DNA from: an uncultured Pirellulales bacterium
GTDB taxonomy: Bacteria; Planctomycetota; Phycisphaerae; Sedimentisphaerales; Anaerobacaceae
Assembly (NCBI GenBank): GCA_964494805.1
Contig: CAZBST010000007.1
Location: 44,493 to 108,492 of the forward strand
DNA: 64,000 nt
Reading direction: 5' to 3'
Shown: in pieces, positions 58,802 to 64,000 of the stretch
How the letters are laid out: the number at the start of each line of letters is the position of its first letter
How positions within the stretch are numbered: position 1 is the stretch's first letter
Program-made: the position numbers and the translations under genes
Notes under the pieces: model-generated
What the model saw: the letters and a program-made list of their open reading frames with translations, nothing else
Told to the model about the DNA's origin: nothing
Databases searched by the model: none

Positions 58802-58986
58802 TCATACGGATTGGCCGGATCTGAAGCCACACAAAGATTTGCCCGCAATATATTATCTGAAATTACCAATACCCAATCAGGGTCGGTATAGGTTGTTTCC
58901 ACAAATGTGTTTTCAGCCAACGATAAACTTGCCTGTCCTAACAGAATTAGAATTACCAGAATGGTATGTAATTTTACTTTTGACAT
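58798..58986 (-). CDS. Small secreted peptide or gene remnant
   Basis: 62 aa with a signal peptide (LHTILVILILLGQASLSLAEN). Lies 35 nt downstream of P5. Its reality is uncertain. Confidence 0.35.
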   Translation of the reverse strand: MSKVKLHTILVILILLGQASLSLAENTFVETTYTDPDWVLVISDNILRANLCVASDPANPYD

Positions 58987-59021
58987 GCCATCACTCCCTC
59001 GATAGTTAATTGATGTTCGAA

Positions 59022-59582
59022 TTATGACCGCTGCTTAGTTTTCCTTACGAATAGTATTCCTAAGCCAAACAGAAATACTGTCCCGGGTTCCGGAATAACT
59101 GTTAACGTCAAACTTTCTGGCGTTATATACACTAAGTCGCCGGCCACATTGCAAAATACTTCATTGATGGCACCATCTGATGGGTCAGCAAAGATTGTGA
59201 TTGTGTGGCCTATAGAGGCCATTGGAACTAAGTAATCGAAACTATAGAGAACCCCTGAGACACCAGACCACACCGGAAGTCCGATGCTCGCTTTAATCCC
59301 TTCAATTAACACGCCGTTGTTATTGACCACAACACCTTCATTGTAACCCGAACCAAGAGGGTAATCGGGATTCAGATACAAGTTACCGGCTGTTCCAAAA
59401 TCAGAGTCGCTGATTCGATCCATCCTGATACTGTCGGTTTCCACGGTCGAAAAAATGCTTATCGAGATAGTCTCTCCCGGTTCTACCATAGGGTCGGCGG
59501 TATCAAAATATACCACCGTTGCCTGCGACGTTACAGCGAACAAGATTACCACTAAGATAATTAGAAATGATTGCGTTTTCAT
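59022..59582 (-). CDS. PEP-CTERM sorting-signal protein P5
   Basis: 186 aa with a signal peptide. C-terminus VIPEPGTVFLFGLGILFVRKTKQRS. Confidence 0.8.
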   Translation of the reverse strand: MKTQSFLIILVVILFAVTSQATVVYFDTADPMVEPGETISISIFSTVETDSIRMDRISDSDFGTAGNLYLNPDYPLGSGYNEGVVVNNNGVLIEGIKASIGLPVWSGVSGVLYSFDYLVPMASIGHTITIFADPSDGAINEVFCNVAGDLVYITPESLTLTVIPEPGTVFLFGLGILFVRKTKQRS

Positions 59583-59734
59583 AACTTCTCTCCTTCAAAT
59601 CCGTTTTTGCTGCGCTACACCAAGACATCCAGACTGGCCTACTTATTTCAATTGACCGCTTCCTCGTTATAGTGTGGTATATTTATAGCCTATTTTACCA
59701 CTGTTTAAGCCGTAAATTCAAGAGAAAAAAACGC
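59583..59734 (-). repeat. Promoter/leader repeat L2, copy 2 (upstream of P5; TTGAAT-18-TAAAAT at 59692-59721)
   Basis: The minus strand reads cTTGAATttacggcttaaacagtggTAAAATaggctataaatataccacactataacgaggaagcggtcaattgaa... Confidence 0.7.
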
Positions 59735-59740
59735 TATGTG

Positions 59741-59766
59741 ACCCGCGCAATAAATTGCGGGGCTAA
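59741..59766 (-). repeat. GC-hairpin unit (reverse complement of ttagccccgcaatttattgcgcgg at 22778-22801)
   Basis: acccgcgcaataaattgcggggctaa. Confidence 0.7.
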
Positions 59767-59803
59767 ATAACTTTTCTTGCAGCGCTTAGCCGGCGGCAGT
59801 CGC

Positions 59804-60349
59804 CTACTGGAAGTCGAACAGCGATTGCGTCTTAATCATCGTTACCCGGTCCGGATAAGCAGCGAACGTGTGGATATGCAATTCGGTTTGTCTTGCCTCA
59901 AAGTCAACATAGCAGAACGGCTGCAAACCTCCGATTTCCAACCCCGGAAATTTGACAAACACGCCTCGATTTCGGGCAAACCCCTCAAGGTCAATATGAC
60001 TCTGCCGATACAGATTGGGACTCATCTTCTCAATCTGAAAATCGGTCATATAGCTTACACCTCGGCTCAACGTGCACTTGTGAGAGCGCGGGCCGTGAAA
60101 TTGAAAACGCTCAATCAACCCTCGACGTGGAAGCATCTGTCCCGGCGAGCTTACAACCTCGCTCAGACAAACATCCCCGGCATACACGCTAACAACGTGT
60201 GTGCATCCTGTAATCCAGATGTCCGCCTCGTATTTGCCGGTTCTTAGCTGCCGCTTGGCGTAAATCTGGAAAAGCTCCGGATGTAACGGCCTTTGAAAAA
60301 GACTGAATGTCAATTCTTCAATTGCTATATTAATTTGCGGCAATTCCAT
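59804..60349 (-). CDS. Conserved hypothetical protein
   Basis: 181-aa ORF with a globular-looking sequence (LFQRPLHPELFQIY...). No catalytic motif recognised. Confidence 0.5.
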   Translation of the reverse strand: MELPQINIAIEELTFSLFQRPLHPELFQIYAKRQLRTGKYEADIWITGCTHVVSVYAGDVCLSEVVSSPGQMLPRRGLIERFQFHGPRSHKCTLSRGVSYMTDFQIEKMSPNLYRQSHIDLEGFARNRGVFVKFPGLEIGGLQPFCYVDFEARQTELHIHTFAAYPDRVTMIKTQSLFDFQ

Positions 60350-60540
60350 AGTAAAATTCCGCTAACTACACTAAATGTATTCTGCCAAGTCTGACGCTAT
60401 TATACAAAAAATAGCACATTTATTCAAGCGTAATATCAGTATTGATACTGCCTGTTCTGCCGCTTATAGGACTATGATTCTGCAAGTTCCGCAAACCAAA
60501 AGAGTAACAACGGCAATGTTTTTTGAAAAAAATTAAGAAA

Positions 60541-60580
60541 CGACCCCCTTTCCGTCTTCGACAAAAGACAAGGGAGCTGA
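60541..60580 (-). terminator. Probable rho-independent terminator after the CPBP gene
   Basis: The minus strand reads ctCCCTTGTCttttgtcgaaGACggAAGGGggtcgtttcttaatttttttt: a hairpin followed by a T-rich tract. Confidence 0.45.
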
Positions 60581-60584
60581 TTTC

Positions 60585-61580
60585 TCAAGGCTGAGGGAAA
60601 AAAGCATTCATAAAAACTGCAATAATATCATAAAAGGTATGAGCGCCTGCCGTAATTCCGAAACCGCGAATTGCAAAAAGAACGGCAAAATAAATACCGG
60701 CGATTGTCCGAAAACTAAACTCCGCCCAGTTAAAGGGACTACTTTGGATAAACTGACCTCCCAGATATACTATATGATGGTATGCGCCGAACAAAGCTGC
60801 TGAAATAAAAACGGAAAGTATAATTGAAATCTTATGACCTAACTGAAAAACATCCTGAAGCAGCACCATTAATACAACAATCAAAATCAATCGAAAAACA
60901 AGCTCTTCATAAATCCCCGCTCCTATACCGGTAACAACATTGGCTAAAAGTCCCAGCCATTTCCCATTGTCACCGCTGTCTGTCCCGTGGTGAGCTTCGT
61001 CGAGCCAAGTCGAGGCGTCCTCTGCCGTCGCAGGCAAATCCCCGTTTCTGCCCTCAACAGAAGACACGGGGACAGCCGAAGAGCACTTTAAAACCACATC
61101 AGTTTGTATTCTTGCCTCGTTGCTTGCGAACTGGTCGATATCGCTCTGTCGCTGGCCCGAACCGCTCAAAAACATACTCAAAACAATCAACGGAACCGCA
61201 AGCAGAATACACTCAACCGCCATTGGCAAAATATCACCGAGCCCAAAACGCCACCCTCTGCGAGACGCCAACTGCAGTGCCAACAAAATCACCACAACAG
61301 CCAGAGGGGTTGCCGCCCAGCCGAACTTGCTGCCCAGCCCTAAGTATGCGAGAAAGTCCTGCAGCCACGAGAATGCCACCACTCTGCCCTGCCAGTAGCG
61401 CCCCAGCAAATCGGTACTGATAAAAAGAGTCCCAATCTCATAGAAAACAATAAACGGCAGCAAAAAAACTACAGCGTAAATCGGTCGGCTTGTCCGCTCA
61501 AAATAGGAACCTTGCACAAAGTTAAACAACTGGCTGACGCTGTATATCTTCTCTTTCACTTGGTTGCCGTTTTTTCCCAT
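60585..61580 (-). CDS. CPBP-family (CAAX/Abi-type) intramembrane glutamic endopeptidase
   Basis: Polytopic membrane protein with GIYEELVFRL (EExxxR), FGAYHH (FxxxH) and HTFYDIIAVF (HxxxD/N). ATG 61580 is preferred over the track start at 61694. Confidence 0.75.
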   Translation of the reverse strand: MGKNGNQVKEKIYSVSQLFNFVQGSYFERTSRPIYAVVFLLPFIVFYEIGTLFISTDLLGRYWQGRVVAFSWLQDFLAYLGLGSKFGWAATPLAVVVILLALQLASRRGWRFGLGDILPMAVECILLAVPLIVLSMFLSGSGQRQSDIDQFASNEARIQTDVVLKCSSAVPVSSVEGRNGDLPATAEDASTWLDEAHHGTDSGDNGKWLGLLANVVTGIGAGIYEELVFRLILIVVLMVLLQDVFQLGHKISIILSVFISAALFGAYHHIVYLGGQFIQSSPFNWAEFSFRTIAGIYFAVLFAIRGFGITAGAHTFYDIIAVFMNAFFPQP

Positions 61581-61693
61581 AACTTTTCCTGCCAGCCTTC
61601 GACGGAGCAGAATATCAAAAATTATTTGACTCCACAGCTCAAATTTTGCAAATTCTACTTTAAGTAAATCAAAATTACAATAATCGAGTCGCA

Positions 61694-62359
61694 ATGCTCA
61701 GTGAACAATTAACTGAAATTTATCAACTTCTCCTCAACCGCTTCGGCCCTCAGCACTGGTGGCCTGGTGAAACACAGTTTGAGATAATCACCGGCGCCAT
61801 ACTAACCCAAAACACAAGCTGGGCCAATGTCGAAAAAGCAATCGCGAACCTGAAATCCGCCAACCTGCTGACCCCGGAAAAACTCTACCATCTCGATACC
61901 TCACAGTTAGCTAAGCTTATCCGGCCGGCCGGTTATTACAATATAAAAGCAAAGCGGCTCAAAAATTTCCTGACCTGGCTCTTTCAGAATCACGATGGTC
62001 AACTGGCAAATCTCGAAACACTCGAAACCGACCGTTTAAGGACCGAACTTTTAGCCGTCCGAGGCATCGGCCCCGAAACCGCTGATTCGATTCTGCTTTA
62101 TGCCTTCGATAGGCCCATCTTCGTCGTGGACGCCTACACCGCACGGGCTGCCGTCCGCCACGGATTAATCTCTGCCGAAGTCGACTATGAACAATTGCGG
62201 GATTTATTCCAGTCGAATCTGCCGCAAGAACCTCAGCTTTTCAATGAGTTTCACGCCCTGCTCGTCCGGCTGGGCAAAGAATTCTGCAGACCCACCGCAA
62301 GATGCCCCGGCTGCCCGCTCGAAAAACTCCAGCACTGCCTTGACATACAATGCTTCTAA
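61694..62359 (+). CDS. Endonuclease III-related HhH-GPD family protein with a C-terminal 4-Cys cluster
   Basis: ILTQNTSWANVEKA, LLAVRGIGPETADSILLYAFDRPIFVVDAYT (HhH-GPD plus Asp) and CRPTARCPGCPLEKLQHC. Confidence 0.75.
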   Translation: MLSEQLTEIYQLLLNRFGPQHWWPGETQFEIITGAILTQNTSWANVEKAIANLKSANLLTPEKLYHLDTSQLAKLIRPAGYYNIKAKRLKNFLTWLFQNHDGQLANLETLETDRLRTELLAVRGIGPETADSILLYAFDRPIFVVDAYTARAAVRHGLISAEVDYEQLRDLFQSNLPQEPQLFNEFHALLVRLGKEFCRPTARCPGCPLEKLQHCLDIQCF

Positions 62360-62488
62360 ATACCATAATCTTTGTCTCCGAACAGTCCTAAAAGCCCCAT
62401 ATTCCCCTTGCAAACAAACGGCTGCTCGCTATACTGCGCTTTCAGCATCAAACGCTCCATAATTGAATCTTAACCGAAAGGAGAATAT

Positions 62489-62770
62489 ATGAACGCTTGT
62501 ATTTCAGCTCAGCAGTATCCGCAAGTGGAACCCGTTTTTGTAATCCTCCTCGCCCTTCTTATAGCATTTATTACCCTGGTTATTCTCGCGGTGAAGCTGC
62601 TGATTTGCTGCAAGATTTTCTCGAACGCTGGCTATAGCTGGGCGCTGGGCCTGTTAATGCTCATACCAATCGTGAACATAATTATGATATTTTATCTTGC
62701 TTTTGCCGACTGGCCGGTCAACAAAGAGTTGCGCTCACTGAAAAAAAGACAGGAAAATATCAGCGACTGA
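62489..62770 (+). CDS. Small two-TM membrane protein
   Basis: 93 aa with two hydrophobic helices and a basic C-terminus. GGAG lies upstream. Confidence 0.5.
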   Translation: MNACISAQQYPQVEPVFVILLALLIAFITLVILAVKLLICCKIFSNAGYSWALGLLMLIPIVNIIMIFYLAFADWPVNKELRSLKKRQENISD

Positions 62771-62892
62771 CCCATCTATCGGAAGGCCTTTTCAGAATAA
62801 CGTCAGGAAAATATCAAAAAGTGTGAGTAATTCGCTTCTCGTACGCATAATACTTAATAGAAATCAGCGCCGGAAAGGTATTTTCTGAAAAA

Positions 62893-63474
62893 GTGACTGA
62901 TGAGCCGGAACAACAAAGCCAAGCGGGGTTCGCCGAGGGCGATACTGATATATGGCGAGAGTTCCTCGACAGGGAGATTCCCCTGCTTTATGGAATGTTT
63001 ATGAAGCGCTGGCCGAATCCTTCGCTGGCTGAAGAGTTGGTGCAAAAAACGGTTTTTGATGCTGTGCGCGGATGCGGCGGTTATGACCCATCGAAGGGTA
63101 GCCCTGAGGAATGGATTTTCGGCATTGCACGGAACAACATTCGCCTTGAGACGAGAAAGCGGGCGAGCAGGCCGACTGTCAACGGCGAAATCAGCAGCTA
63201 CCTTGAAGCGATTGACACCAGGCCGCTGCCTGACGAAGTTCTCGAACGAAAGGAAACATCTGTGATTGTCCGTTCAACATTGAGCAAATTGGAAAATAAA
63301 GAACAAACCGTTCTAAGGGCCAAGTATATCGAAGGTCTGCCAGCATACGAAATCGCTCAGCAGATGGGTATTACCGAAAAGGCCGTGCACAATCTATTAT
63401 ATCGGGCGAAAATTTCTCTTCGTCAGGAGCTTAAAAGGATAATTCTTTCAAACAACGAAAGACAAAAACTATGA
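62893..63474 (+). CDS. ECF-type RNA polymerase sigma factor
   Basis: Region 2 (LVQKTVFDAVRG...EWIFGIARNNIR) and region 4 HTH (VLRAKYIEGLPAYEIAQQMGITEKAVHNLLYRAK). GTG start. Confidence 0.8.
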   Translation: MTDEPEQQSQAGFAEGDTDIWREFLDREIPLLYGMFMKRWPNPSLAEELVQKTVFDAVRGCGGYDPSKGSPEEWIFGIARNNIRLETRKRASRPTVNGEISSYLEAIDTRPLPDEVLERKETSVIVRSTLSKLENKEQTVLRAKYIEGLPAYEIAQQMGITEKAVHNLLYRAKISLRQELKRIILSNNERQKL

Positions 63475-63794
63475 ATAAAGAAGATGAAAACATCTCGCGA
63501 TTAGTGAAACTCGCTGACGATTCAAACAGACCCGGCAGAGCATTCACCCGGTCTCTGATTACTAATGCTCTCGGCGAACTCAACCGCCTGAAGACGGCAA
63601 AGCAACAAGAAATTACGAACGTAAGCTGGTGGGAGAAAGCCGCGGGCTGGGCCGCTATGTTCGCAGCCGCCTGCAGCGCAGGGTTCGCTATTATAGTGTC
63701 CGCTTTACTGAAAATAAATTTCTTCTTGGAAGTGGTAGTTATCTTAACTATGTTATTTAACTGGCTGACTTATCTTGGAGGATATATATTATGA
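63471..63794 (+). CDS. Putative membrane anti-sigma factor
   Basis: 107 aa. ATGA overlap with the sigma gene. Cytoplasmic N-terminal part, then two TM segments. Confidence 0.5.
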   Translation: MNKEDENISRLVKLADDSNRPGRAFTRSLITNALGELNRLKTAKQQEITNVSWWEKAAGWAAMFAAACSAGFAIIVSALLKINFFLEVVVILTMLFNWLTYLGGYIL

Positions 63795-64000
63795 CTCCTG
63801 AACAACCGAACAGAGTAAGTGTAATTGACCCCATCGGTCCCGCTATCGAAAGAGTGAAGGTAATGCTCTTCAAGCCATTCAACCTGGGCAAATGGTTTAC
63901 CGTCGGCTTCTGCGCCTGGCTGGCATATCTTGGAACCGGCGGTGGAGGAGGCGGGGGCGGGGGCAATTGGAACGCACCCCACGGACCACACGAACAACAG
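63791..64000 (+). CDS. Membrane protein with a poly-Gly tract, 3' end cut by the window edge
   Basis: Hand translation: MTPEQPNRVSVIDPIGPAIERVKVMLFKPFNLGKWFTVGFCAWLAYLGTGGGGGGGGGNWNAPHGPHEQQ. ATGA overlap with the previous gene. Confidence 0.5.
   Translation, partial: MTPEQPNRVSVIDPIGPAIERVKVMLFKPFNLGKWFTVGFCAWLAYLGTGGGGGGGGGNWNAPHGPHEQQ

Noticed and set aside
63941-63966. G-rich tract (ggcggtggaggaggcgggggcgggggc) as a G-quadruplex or regulatory element
   Set aside because: It is in frame within an ORF and encodes a Gly run, so a coding explanation is sufficient.

Overview
The window looks like a chromosomal segment from a PEP-CTERM-bearing Gram-negative bacterium. A Planctomycetota/Phycisphaerae-like origin is my guess from gene content and repeat style, and I have not verified it. 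About 80 percent is tightly packed housekeeping sequence. It includes a wlbABCD/wbpBDEI-like UDP-2,3-diacetamido-mannuronate operon, gmd-fcl, folE plus a two-domain PTPS, pepA, prfB (with a programmed +1 frameshift that the ORF track splits), gnd and a sugar-acid cluster. Further housekeeping genes are a fused metX-metW, trpS, scpA, trxA, rimO, pgsA, dnaE, tmk, holB, metG, a fused RNase H-purN, clpC and an ECF sigma operon. I found no tRNA, rRNA, CRISPR array, transposase or integrase. The non-housekeeping signal has three parts. (1) Three long intergenic repeat mosaics share the same module order (around 14.0-16.5 kb, 22.6-25.6 kb, and inverted at 51.3-52.0 kb). (2) Two small accessory cassettes sit inside these mosaics. 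One is an AT-rich pair: a membrane-anchored protein plus a RadC-like JAB protein (14.4-15.8 kb). The other is a translationally coupled pair: a Panacea/DUF4065-like protein plus a SAMHD1-like HD protein whose HD dyad reads HG (23.05-24.94 kb), bracketed by direct copies of a 102-nt inverted-repeat element. (3) A secretome island (52-59.6 kb) holds a 1039-aa multidomain S8 subtilase, a truncated S8 paralog and five PEP-CTERM proteins, one of them BsuPI-like (a protease-inhibitor fold). It also contains duplicated promoter/leader modules and a shared 18-bp palindrome, and a CPBP intramembrane protease lies nearby. All functional calls come from motifs read by eye in the supplied translations; no database search was run.
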